This document shows, in pieces, positions 45,221 through 53,753 of a stretch of DNA of 64,000 bases (its first letter is position 1; each line of letters starts with the position of its first letter). Where the stretch lies: NCBI GenBank assembly GCA_000996245.1, contig LBYP01000002.1:5352-69351 (forward strand), read 5' to 3'. Source of the DNA: Parcubacteria group bacterium GW2011_GWA2_40_23. GTDB taxonomy: Bacteria > Patescibacteriota > Patescibacteriia > UBA11705 > JABHMO01. The translations under genes were made by a program, and so were the position numbers. Under the pieces are notes generated by a model. That model was not told the origin of the DNA. It did not search any database and saw nothing but the letters and a program-made list of their open reading frames with translations.

Positions 45221-46735
45221 ATGCTGTACCAGAAACTGCTCGATGCGAAGATCGGAGTCGGTCCGGCCACCATCACCAAGCTCGACGAGGCGGGTCTCAA
45301 GACCGCCGAGGCCATCCTGGCCGCCGGGCTCGACGGGCTGCGCGCCATCAAGGTCTTCCCGCCGATCGCGGGCAAGATCCTCGAGGTCGCGCTCGCCAAC
45401 CCGACGCCCGCCACCGAGATCGAGGCCGCGTCGGCCCCGATCATCCTCCACCCCGACGACGCGGCCAAGGTGGCCGAGGTCGCCCCCACCACCACGAAAA
45501 ACGAGACCCCCGCGGTCCTGGTCAAGCGGCAGACGGTGTTCGCCGCCAAGCTCGAGGAGGCCGCCAAGGCCAACGGTACGACGGTGGAGGAGCTCCGCGC
45601 CGCCGCCAAGGCCAACGTGCCGGCCGAGAAGCCGGTCGTGGTGACCCACAAGACCCTGGCCAAGCCCGAGAACGAGCACGTGAACTTCATCGACGTCGGG
45701 ATCGAAACCCCGACCGAGTTCACGAGCCCCGTGCGTCTGCGCGACTTCTTCGACAAGCTGCCCAAGGGGCAGGTGCCGGACAGCGCGCGCTACATCAAGA
45801 ACCTCTTCCCCGTCTGCGCGATGTGTCGCGCCGCGGGCAGCACGAAGACCCTCCAGATCGACCACGTGCACGTGCTCGTGGTCACCCGTCTCGACGGCAG
45901 CGTCAACAGCGGTTTGTTCTGCGACGACCACATCACGGTGGCGTACGGACAGGCCAAGGACCTGGTCAAGGACGGGAAGCTGAAGGAGGTCAAGATCATC
46001 TGGCTGCGCGAGGCGTGGGCCAACCTGACCCGCGCGTACAGGGCGCAGGTCGACGAGGCGCGCGAAGAGCGCTACCGCAAGGAGCGCGCCGACCGCCGCA
46101 CGGCCGCCCTCCGGGCCGTGATGGAGGATCTCGGCTCGGTGACCAGCGAGCACTGGATGACCGACGAGCAGCTCGGCAGCTACGTGTCGCCCATGGACGT
46201 CCCGGTCTTCACGTGCGGACTCGAGGCGAAGCAGGCCCGTGAGCTGCACCTCCTGCCCAACGACAAGGAGAAGGGTACGTTCAAGGGGCGCTGGGGGCGG
46301 TTCTACGACGAGTACGGCATCCGGCTCGTCATGCGGCCCCCGCAGGACCTGACCCAGCACAACACGCTCGTCCAGCACTTGCGGGACGACGCCAAGGCCG
46401 CCCAGGCCACGCCGTTCTTCCCCGTCGTCCTGGTCCGCCGTTACTTCGGTGACGACCTGGGCTGGCGCTACCTGGCGATCCACGAACTGGTCATCGAGGA
46501 GTTCGTGGCGACCTACGAGCAGGCGCACAACTTCAAGGTGCGCACCGGGGCCATGGCCTACGAGTGGCTGACCCGTCGCTGGGAGGTCCAGCGCGAAGAA
46601 GCCGCCAAGGCCGCGGCGCAGGCGTTCGCCAAGAGCGACGAAGGCAAGGCGCTGAACGCCTTCCTCAACGCCGCCCCGGACGACGAGGCCGCCGCCGACA
46701 GCGCCCTGTTGGCCGGCAGCGCCCACAAGAAGTAA
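45221..46735 (+). CDS. Island G: 504-aa GC-rich protein with N-terminal helix-hairpin-helix pair and a CxxC..DH..N..CxxH (HNH-like) motif
   Basis: GAGGAGG lies 6 nt before ATG 45221. HhH-like KIGVGPATITKLDEAG and LRAIKVFPPIAGKILE. Cys/His motif VCAMCRAAGSTKTLQIDHVHV...VNSGLFCDDH (nt 45815-45931). Strong G/C third-position bias only in this frame. Confidence 0.75.
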   Translation: MLYQKLLDAKIGVGPATITKLDEAGLKTAEAILAAGLDGLRAIKVFPPIAGKILEVALANPTPATEIEAASAPIILHPDDAAKVAEVAPTTTKNETPAVLVKRQTVFAAKLEEAAKANGTTVEELRAAAKANVPAEKPVVVTHKTLAKPENEHVNFIDVGIETPTEFTSPVRLRDFFDKLPKGQVPDSARYIKNLFPVCAMCRAAGSTKTLQIDHVHVLVVTRLDGSVNSGLFCDDHITVAYGQAKDLVKDGKLKEVKIIWLREAWANLTRAYRAQVDEAREERYRKERADRRTAALRAVMEDLGSVTSEHWMTDEQLGSYVSPMDVPVFTCGLEAKQARELHLLPNDKEKGTFKGRWGRFYDEYGIRLVMRPPQDLTQHNTLVQHLRDDAKAAQATPFFPVVLVRRYFGDDLGWRYLAIHELVIEEFVATYEQAHNFKVRTGAMAYEWLTRRWEVQREEAAKAAAQAFAKSDEGKALNAFLNAAPDDEAAADSALLAGSAHKK

Positions 46736-46757
46736 CGTTCAACAACGTTCGTAGCCG

Positions 46758-46795
46758 CCTCCCGAGGACTCATTTCTCGGGGGGCGCTTTTTTTT
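46758..46795 (+). terminator. Terminator of island G; its T-tract runs into the -35 box of island H
   Basis: CCTCCCGAG-N9-CTCGGGGGG followed by CGCTTTTTTTT. The last Ts are the first bases of TTGACA at 46794. Confidence 0.7.
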
Positions 46796-46822
46796 GACAA
46801 ATATACACCTGAACTCTATGAT
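46794..46822 (+). promoter_or_regulatory. Sigma70-type promoter of island H
   Basis: TTGACA (46794-46799), 17-nt spacer aatatacacctgaactc, TATGAT (46817-46822). Confidence 0.7.
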
Positions 46823-46855
46823 TGTACTAAGTGGTACTGTTCTAAGGAGCGTGGC

Positions 46856-47473
46856 ATGAATGCGAAACATCTTCCTCCGCCCACTCCCACGACGCTCTCC
46901 GAAGCGTTTTGGCCCCTGTTCATGACGAACAAAGTGATGGTGCGTTTTGTCGGTGCGTATATCTGCTTCGGCGTGGCAGATGACAGCAACCGACTACTCG
47001 TAGTGTATGCACACGACACTGCCAGCCGATTGCATCTTCCTACACAGGAAGCAATTGCTCGAGCGTTCCCTCTGCGGAATGCCAAACAACAAGAATACAC
47101 CGGACCACATGATCTGCCAGTGTCGTACAGTGACATTCAACGAGTTCGCAACGTGATGCGTTATGAGTTTCTTCAGGAAAACCGGCGCGTCTTACTGCTT
47201 GTTTCGACTCCTGAGGAGTCGGTAGTTGAAAACCAGGAACAACTCATGTTCATCCAATGGAGTAGACCGAACCCACTTCAAATTGCTCGCATCGTCGAAA
47301 CTATTGGTGCGGATCGTGTCCACGTCGTACGAAAAAATGCGCTGGAAACGCGCCTCCTGGTGGAGTTGAAACCCAATGAACGATTGAAGTTCTCTGTGAC
47401 CGGTTGCCACTTCAGCAGCCCCTTTGCAACTGCGGCTCTGTTGCCGGTGCAGTGCGACACCTGCACTGCTTGA
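46856..47473 (+). CDS. Island H: 205-aa protein of unknown function (intermediate GC)
   Basis: AAGGAG lies 6 nt before the ATG. Bounded by its own promoter and terminator. No recognisable motif. C-terminal Cys pair CDTC. Confidence 0.65.
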   Translation: MNAKHLPPPTPTTLSEAFWPLFMTNKVMVRFVGAYICFGVADDSNRLLVVYAHDTASRLHLPTQEAIARAFPLRNAKQQEYTGPHDLPVSYSDIQRVRNVMRYEFLQENRRVLLLVSTPEESVVENQEQLMFIQWSRPNPLQIARIVETIGADRVHVVRKNALETRLLVELKPNERLKFSVTGCHFSSPFATAALLPVQCDTCTA

Positions 47474-47477
47474 AAAT

Positions 47478-47518
47478 AAGCCAGCCTTGATCCTCGAATC
47501 TTGGCTGGCTTTCTTTTT
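47478..47518. terminator. Terminator after island H, shared with the convergent wecG-NUDIX gene
   Basis: AAGCCAGCC-N16-GGCTGGCTT followed by TCTTTTT; A-rich on the other side. Confidence 0.7.
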
Positions 47519-47529
47519 ACAAAATAAAT

Positions 47530-48735
47530 CTAAATTTCATCAATAAATTTTTTGGTAAATTCTTGTCGAACCGGATGTAATAGTTTTAATAGTTCATCTT
47601 TTTTGACCCACTTGATGGCAGCGACTTCCCTATTTGGTCGGAATTGATTTGAGTCGATAGCCCCGCTATATTCTACTAAAAATGCAATTTGCTTTTGTCC
47701 TTTGTACCCATGAAGTAATTGATAATGTTTTGGTGAGATATAGGCATGTTCTGCCTTAATTCTTTTAACTACTTTCATCTTATCTAATTCGAATCCGAGC
47801 TCTTCATTAATTTCACGCAGGATTGCAATCTCAATATTCTCGTTTTTATCAACGCCGCCTTGTGGAAATTGCCAGTGATTGGGAAGATGAGCATTTTCTT
47901 GAATTAAATATAGACCGTCTTTGTTTTTTATAACGCCGAGAACATTGGCACGATATTCTGTTTTAATTCTTTTAGCCCATTTATGACATTCTAAAAGAAA
48001 ATCTGCGGTGGCATGTTTAATGCGCATCAACCTTTTTGGTTCTTGATAAAGTCTAAAGAGCCATTCCATTCCCAGTTCTTGCATTAACTTTGGCGCGCGC
48101 TTTATCTTGCCTGATAAAAAATCAAAAGATCCCCCGACACCCAATGCTATTCTGACTGATGATCCATACCCCTTATCCCCTATCCCTTTTCCCAAATTGT
48201 TTTCAATCCACTCCTCTTGTTCTGGCGCACCCAAACAGACAAACAATACTTGAGTTTGATGCTTTTTGATTTTGTCCAAAAGAACTTTATCAGCGATTGG
48301 AGTTTTAGCGGATAAAGCACATCCAAGTTTAACTTGAGGATATGAATTATCGAAAAACTTTTTTAGGTCCTCAAGCGTTGTTAGCGAATCGTTTCGTAGA
48401 AGTACAAAAACACGAGCCGAGTTGTTTTGGCCTAATAGTTCGCGCGTGAAGTCAGCGCCTGTGACTCGGTTTTTTAAATCTGTTCCAAGTATTTTGGCAC
48501 CGAGTTTGAGCCCAAAGCCATCTGGCAAATTTAAGTCTGCCGAGTTCAATGTGTCTTTGTATTCTTCCGAGCTTGCAGCTTTTAAGCAGATTTCTGGGTT
48601 GGGCGTATAAACGCTATGGGGAGCATCCGAGGCCATGAACTCCCTGGTTTTTTCAAGAAAATATTCCAAAGGCTGGTCGTCTATTTTAACGCCAAGAATT
48701 ATCGCTTTGTTTTGTAGGTCTTTGGGGACGTTCAT
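47530..48735 (-). CDS. Fusion protein: WecG/TagA/CpsF-family glycosyltransferase + C-terminal NUDIX hydrolase
   Basis: GAPEQEEWI ... GVGGSFDFLSGKIKRAP ... GMEWLFRL (WecG/TagA motifs), then NUDIX box GGVDKNENIEIAILREINEELG. Start at MNVPKDL (48735), because the track extension overlaps the clpB promoter. Confidence 0.8.
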   Translation of the reverse strand: MNVPKDLQNKAIILGVKIDDQPLEYFLEKTREFMASDAPHSVYTPNPEICLKAASSEEYKDTLNSADLNLPDGFGLKLGAKILGTDLKNRVTGADFTRELLGQNNSARVFVLLRNDSLTTLEDLKKFFDNSYPQVKLGCALSAKTPIADKVLLDKIKKHQTQVLFVCLGAPEQEEWIENNLGKGIGDKGYGSSVRIALGVGGSFDFLSGKIKRAPKLMQELGMEWLFRLYQEPKRLMRIKHATADFLLECHKWAKRIKTEYRANVLGVIKNKDGLYLIQENAHLPNHWQFPQGGVDKNENIEIAILREINEELGFELDKMKVVKRIKAEHAYISPKHYQLLHGYKGQKQIAFLVEYSGAIDSNQFRPNREVAAIKWVKKDELLKLLHPVRQEFTKKFIDEI

Positions 48736-48809
48736 AATGTTTTGATACTTGTGGGTAAACAAGAACAATATAGCAGATTTTTGCTTAAATTTAAATAACA
48801 CCACTAGAT

Positions 48810-48837
48810 TTGACAAATTATGGCTATCCCCTATAAT
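48810..48837 (+). promoter_or_regulatory. clpB promoter
   Basis: TTGACA (48810-48815), 16-nt spacer, TATAAT (48832-48837). Confidence 0.65.
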
Positions 48838-48840
48838 TAA

Positions 48841-48867
48841 TTAGCAGTCCTAATGTTAGACTGCTAA
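48841..48867 (+). promoter_or_regulatory. CIRCE-like inverted repeat (HrcA-operator type) in the clpB leader
   Basis: TTAGCAGTC-N9-GACTGCTAA versus the CIRCE consensus TTAGCACTC-N9-GAGTGCTAA. The full palindrome TTAATTAGCAGTC/GACTGCTAATTAA is 13 bp perfect. Confidence 0.65.
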
Positions 48868-48879
48868 TTAACAAAAAAT

Positions 48880-51519
48880 ATGGATATTAGAAAATTTACC
48901 ACAAATTCACAACAGGCCATGCAAGAAGCACAGGCTCTGGCTTTTGAATATAATCACCCGCAAATCGATACCTTGCACTTACTCTATGCCCTACTCCAAC
49001 AAGACGAGAGTATTGTTTTAACGGTCTTAAAAAAGATGGAAGCACCTGTTGAAAACATTATTCGAGATGTTGAAACAGCCTTGCGTCGCATGCCCAAGGG
49101 CGCAGTTAACAAACAGCCACAATCTGGTCAGGTTTTTATAACTGCTTACATGAATCATGCGTTGGTTTATTCAGAAAAAGAAGCTTTAAAGTTGGGGGAT
49201 GAGTTTGTCAGTACAGAACATCTTTTATTGGCTTTGCTGAAAGTTGATTCTGCTGCCAGCGAGATACTGAAACTTTACAATATTAATTACGATTTAGTTT
49301 CCAAAATTTTATTAGATGTACGCGGTGGTCAAAAAGTTGACTCAGCTGAACCAGAAAATAAAGTTAATATCTTGAGCAAACATACGGTTAATTTAACTGA
49401 AGAAGCCCGACAAGAAAAATTAGATCCAGTTATTGGTCGTAACGAAGAAATCCGTCGTGTACTTCAAGTCCTTTCTCGACGCACCAAAAATAATCCAGTA
49501 TTAATTGGCGAACCCGGCGTTGGTAAAACTGCTATTGCTGAAGGTTTGGCTCAACGAATTGTCTCGGGTGATGTTCCAGAAAATTTAAAAGACCGAGAAG
49601 TCTTATCTTTGGATATTGGTTCATTGGTTGCTGGTTCAAAATTCCGCGGTGAATTTGAGGAACGCATGAAAGCTATTTTAACTGAAATTAAAAAGAATAA
49701 AGATCGTTATATTATTTTTATTGATGAGTTACATACCATAGTCGGTGCTGGTTCAATTGAAGGCACACTCGATGCATCGAATATGTTAAAACCGGCCTTA
49801 GCGCGTGGCGATTTACATTGTGTTGGCGCTACTACTTTGAAAGAATATCAAAAGCATATTGAAAAAGATGCTGCTTTGGAACGTCGCTTCCAGCCAGTCT
49901 TTGTTAGCGAACCATCAGTTGATGATACGATCGCTATTCTACGTGGTATTAAAGAAAAATATGAAGTTCATCATGGTGTTCGTATTACTGACGATGCTTT
50001 AATTGCAGCGGCTAAACTTTCTCAAAAATATATTACTGATCGTTTCCTTCCAGATAAGGCAATTGATTTGGTTGATGAAGCCACCTCAGCTTTACGGATT
50101 GAATTAAATAGCATGCCTGTTGAATTAGATTTAATGAAGCGCGACATTATGCGTTTAGAAATTGAAAAGCAAGCTATTTCCAAAGAAAAAACTGTGACGA
50201 CCATTAAACGTCTCAGGGAAATCAATAAAAATCTGGCTGAACTTAAAGAAAAAGCACACCAATTAGAATTGCATTGGAAGAAAGAACGTGAACTCATTAA
50301 CGATATTCAAGAAGCCAAAAAAGAAATAGACAAAATGCGACAAGAAGCAGAAATTTTTGAACGCAAAGCTGAATATGAACGTGTCGCTGAAATCCGTTAT
50401 GGCCGCATTCCCGAAAGAGAAAAAGCGATCAAGAGTTTGCAAATGCGTATGAAAAAATTGCAGTCAGGCCCTGGTGGTAGAAAAATGTTGAAAGAAAAAG
50501 TTACTGAGGAAGATATCGCAGTTGTAGTTTCAAAATGGACGGGAATTCCAGTTTCCAAAATGCTGCAAAGTGAAATTGAAAAACTGGCTCATGCAGAAGA
50601 AGAATTAAGTAAGCGTGTTATTGGTCAAAAAAGAGCCATACAAGCCGTGTCAAATGCATTACGTCGTTCACGCGCCGGTTTATCTGAAGAAAATCAACCA
50701 ATTGGAACTTTTATGTTCCTTGGTCCAACTGGTGTTGGGAAAACAGAACTGGCGAAAGCGTTGGCAGAATTCATGTTTAATAGTGAAGAAGCCATTGTGC
50801 GTGTAGATATGTCGGAGCTGATGGAAAAACATGCTGTTTCAAAATTGATTGGTTCGCCCCCAGGATATATTGGTTACGAAGAAGGCGGACAACTTACAGA
50901 AAAAGTTAGACGACGCCCCTACTCTGTTGTTTTGTTTGATGAAATTGAAAAAGCCCATCCCGATATATTTAATGTTTTATTACAACTTTTAGACGACGGT
51001 CGTTTGACTGATGCCAAAGGGCGTATAGTCAATTTCAAAAATACTGTTATTATCATGACTTCAAATATCGGTAGTGATATGATTTTGCAAGCTTTGAATA
51101 AACGAGGCGATCTTGGTTTTCAAGGCAATGAAATCAATCAACATGATGATATTGAGTCAAAGGTAAAAGATCGTCTTAAAGAGTTCTTTAATCCAGAATT
51201 TTTGAATCGTGTAAATGAAATAATCGTTTTTGAAGCTTTACAAAAAGAAGATATAAGACAAATAGTCGATTTACAACTAAATTTAGTCGCAAAACGACTT
51301 GCAGATCATAATGATATTAAACTCACCTTTACCAAAGCCATTAAAGAGTTACTGGTAGAAAAAGGATTTGATCCTCAATTTGGCGCCCGGCCGCTAAAAA
51401 GACTGATACAAAATAAAATCTTGGATGAATTAGCCTTAAATATCATAGAGGGCAAGATCAAAAATAAAGTAACCATTGACTACAGTAATGAAAAGCAAAA
51501 AGTGATGATTAAGTGCTAA
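48880..51519 (+). CDS. clpB: ATP-dependent chaperone/disaggregase ClpB
   Basis: Two AAA+ modules ([16 protein letters not shown]), N-domain, long middle coiled coil; 879 aa. Confidence 0.95.
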   Translation: MDIRKFTTNSQQAMQEAQALAFEYNHPQIDTLHLLYALLQQDESIVLTVLKKMEAPVENIIRDVETALRRMPKGAVNKQPQSGQVFITAYMNHALVYSEKEALKLGDEFVSTEHLLLALLKVDSAASEILKLYNINYDLVSKILLDVRGGQKVDSAEPENKVNILSKHTVNLTEEARQEKLDPVIGRNEEIRRVLQVLSRRTKNNPVLIGEPGVGKTAIAEGLAQRIVSGDVPENLKDREVLSLDIGSLVAGSKFRGEFEERMKAILTEIKKNKDRYIIFIDELHTIVGAGSIEGTLDASNMLKPALARGDLHCVGATTLKEYQKHIEKDAALERRFQPVFVSEPSVDDTIAILRGIKEKYEVHHGVRITDDALIAAAKLSQKYITDRFLPDKAIDLVDEATSALRIELNSMPVELDLMKRDIMRLEIEKQAISKEKTVTTIKRLREINKNLAELKEKAHQLELHWKKERELINDIQEAKKEIDKMRQEAEIFERKAEYERVAEIRYGRIPEREKAIKSLQMRMKKLQSGPGGRKMLKEKVTEEDIAVVVSKWTGIPVSKMLQSEIEKLAHAEEELSKRVIGQKRAIQAVSNALRRSRAGLSEENQPIGTFMFLGPTGVGKTELAKALAEFMFNSEEAIVRVDMSELMEKHAVSKLIGSPPGYIGYEEGGQLTEKVRRRPYSVVLFDEIEKAHPDIFNVLLQLLDDGRLTDAKGRIVNFKNTVIIMTSNIGSDMILQALNKRGDLGFQGNEINQHDDIESKVKDRLKEFFNPEFLNRVNEIIVFEALQKEDIRQIVDLQLNLVAKRLADHNDIKLTFTKAIKELLVEKGFDPQFGARPLKRLIQNKILDELALNIIEGKIKNKVTIDYSNEKQKVMIKC

Positions 51520-51526
51520 TATAGCG

Positions 51527-51557
51527 CAGCTCTGCTTACCGCAGGGCTGTTTACTTT
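51527..51557 (+). terminator. clpB terminator
   Basis: CAGCTCTGC-ttacc-GCAGGGCTG followed by TTTACTTT. Confidence 0.6.
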
Positions 51558-51585
51558 GAGGCAGAATTTCTGTATAATTTAGCAT

Positions 51586-52959
51586 ATGACAAAAACCAAA
51601 ATTTTATTTAATTTAATAGTAATTTGTGCTCTTTTGGTGCCTTTTATTCCCGCTGAAGCTGCCAGTTTTGACCCTGGTAATATCATTTCTGACGTGAACA
51701 TGACGAATTATGGGACCATGACGCAACAGGATATCCAAAATTTTTTAAATAAAAAAAGCGGCACTCTAAAGGCCTTGATATCTCCAGATGTAAATGGCAT
51801 TCCTAAGTTAGCCAGCGAAATTATTTATCAAGCAGCTATACAGAACCGGATCAATCCGATGTATTTGTTGGTCATGCTTCAGAAAGAAATGAGTTTAATT
51901 GAAGATTCTACTCCTAAAGCGTCTCAATACGATTGGGCAATGGGCTATGGTGTTTGTGATAATTGCAGCGTCGAAGATCCGAAAGTACTAGCGTTAAAAG
52001 GTTTTGGTGTGCAAGTTGATCGTGCGGCTGGTGTTCAAAGATGGTTTTACGATAATGCGCAGAATGGTTGGGTAAAACGAGCTGGTAAATCCTATACGAT
52101 TGATAATCAGGAAGTGTTTATGCAAAATCAGGCGACAGCTAATTTGTATAATTATACGCCGCATATCAGAGGGAATAATAATTTTTGGAAAATTTGGAAC
52201 AATTGGTTTTCACAAAAATATCCTGATGGAACCTTACTTCAAAAAGCCAATGATCCTGGTGTCTGGTTAATTCAAAACAGTATGCGTCGCGCATTCCAAT
52301 CTAAATCAGCCTTACTCTCACGCTTCGATTTAAAGAATATTATTATTGTTAGTGCTGATGAGTTAGATAAATATGAAATTGGTTCTGCCATTAAATATCC
52401 CAACTATTCATTGCTAACAACACCTGACGGAGCTGTATACATGATTGTTAATGACAAACTGAGAAAATTTGAATCAAAAGAAGTTATACGAACTTTAGGT
52501 TATAATCCAGAAGAGTTTGAAGATATCACTTTTGATGAATTGGCTACTTACGAACTTGGTGATTTAATAACTATTACAAGTTCATATCCAGCAGGAGCCT
52601 TGTTACAAGATAAAAAATCAGGTGGCGTGTATTTTGTAATGGATGGATATAAATATCCAATTATCGCCAGGGAAATCATGCAAATTAATTTTCCCAAGAT
52701 GAAAATAACAGCAATTTCAACAGAAGAATTAGATAAATTCCCACGTATGGATTCGGTGAAAATTAAGGACGGTACTCTAGTAAAATCAAAAGAGTATTCA
52801 TCGGTTTATGTAATTGCCAATGGACAAAAAATGCCAATTTCCGCAGGTACTGTTTTCGAAGGTTTAGGCTATAAATGGGCCAATATCAAAGTGGTTCCTG
52901 AAGTTGCTTTAAGCAATTTACCACAAGGCAATTATTTGGATCTTGATTATAAAAAATAG
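51586..52959 (+). CDS. Secreted 457-aa protein, unknown function (possibly cell-wall associated)
   Basis: Signal peptide MTKTKILFNLIVICALLVPFIPAEA. TATAAT (51573-51578) lies exactly 7 nt before the ATG. Confidence 0.6.
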   Translation: MTKTKILFNLIVICALLVPFIPAEAASFDPGNIISDVNMTNYGTMTQQDIQNFLNKKSGTLKALISPDVNGIPKLASEIIYQAAIQNRINPMYLLVMLQKEMSLIEDSTPKASQYDWAMGYGVCDNCSVEDPKVLALKGFGVQVDRAAGVQRWFYDNAQNGWVKRAGKSYTIDNQEVFMQNQATANLYNYTPHIRGNNNFWKIWNNWFSQKYPDGTLLQKANDPGVWLIQNSMRRAFQSKSALLSRFDLKNIIIVSADELDKYEIGSAIKYPNYSLLTTPDGAVYMIVNDKLRKFESKEVIRTLGYNPEEFEDITFDELATYELGDLITITSSYPAGALLQDKKSGGVYFVMDGYKYPIIAREIMQINFPKMKITAISTEELDKFPRMDSVKIKDGTLVKSKEYSSVYVIANGQKMPISAGTVFEGLGYKWANIKVVPEVALSNLPQGNYLDLDYKK

Positions 52960-52960
52960 T

Positions 52961-53749
52961 ATGATTGTTTTTGCAGGCATAACCCCCCACTCACCTATCT
53001 TGATACCAACGATAGGCAAAGAGAATCAAGCAAAACTTAAAAAAACCTTGAAGGCTTTTGATATTTTAGAAGAAGAACTTTATAAGGCGGCACCAGATAC
53101 AATCATTGTTATTTCTCCGCACGGTGAGATTAATAATAATAATTTTATTGTAAACACACAAAGTGATTATAAAGCAAAGTTGCATGAATTTGGTGATTTT
53201 GGAACAGAATTACAATTTAAGTCTGATTTAATATTTATCAATCAACTGAAAAGTCAGAATGAAATGACTTTGCCTATTCAGTTGACATATAGCGATAACA
53301 TAGATCATGGTTTCTCTGTCCCTTTATATTTTTTAACGAGAAAGCATAAAAATTATCGGGTTGTCCCCATTAATTATTCTATGTTGAATTACGAAATGCA
53401 TCTTAAATTAGGCGAAGCTATAAAAGAAGCTTGTTTTTCTCTTGATAAACGTTTTGCCATTATTGCTTCCGGCGATTTATCGCATCGTCTATCGTATCAT
53501 GCGCCGGCTGGATTCTCTCCCCAAGCAAAAGAGTTTGATAAAAAAATGATTCAGCTTTTAAAAAAGAAAAATGTTGAGAATATTTTGAATCTAGACCCAG
53601 ATTTAATTGAAAATGCAGCTGAATGTGGTTTGCGTTCATTTCTTGTTTTGTTGGGTGCTATCAAAAAAATGGATTATGACTTTCAGGTTTTGAGTTATGA
53701 AGCACCTTTTGGCGTTGGTTATCTTGTGGGCGAAGCCAAATTTAAATAA
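52961..53749 (+). CDS. Class III extradiol dioxygenase (LigB/Memo-like) family protein
   Basis: GITPHSP, ISPHGE, DHGFSVPL, SGDLSHRL histidine-containing blocks typical of the fold. Start at ATG 52961 after the upstream stop. Confidence 0.55.
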   Translation: MIVFAGITPHSPILIPTIGKENQAKLKKTLKAFDILEEELYKAAPDTIIVISPHGEINNNNFIVNTQSDYKAKLHEFGDFGTELQFKSDLIFINQLKSQNEMTLPIQLTYSDNIDHGFSVPLYFLTRKHKNYRVVPINYSMLNYEMHLKLGEAIKEACFSLDKRFAIIASGDLSHRLSYHAPAGFSPQAKEFDKKMIQLLKKKNVENILNLDPDLIENAAECGLRSFLVLLGAIKKMDYDFQVLSYEAPFGVGYLVGEAKFK

Positions 53750-53753
53750 ACTT

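Noticed and set aside
45146-46800. 526-aa antisense ORF 45146-46726(-) plus 45160-45765(-), 45184-46242(+), 45243-45644(+), 45790-46023(-), 46558-46800(-), 46564-46797(+)
   Set aside because: Long open frames on all strands are expected at ~63% GC. These translations are Arg/Gly/Pro/Ala homopolymer-like. Only the frame starting at ATG 45221 has an SD, natural-looking sequence and NNS codon bias. The track start 45206 lies inside the SD region.
46816-47466. Antisense ORFs 46816-47136(-), 47192-47410(-), 47278-47466(-) opposite island H
   Set aside because: They have no start signals and are explained as shadows of the sense ORF 46856-47473, which has a promoter, an SD and a terminator.
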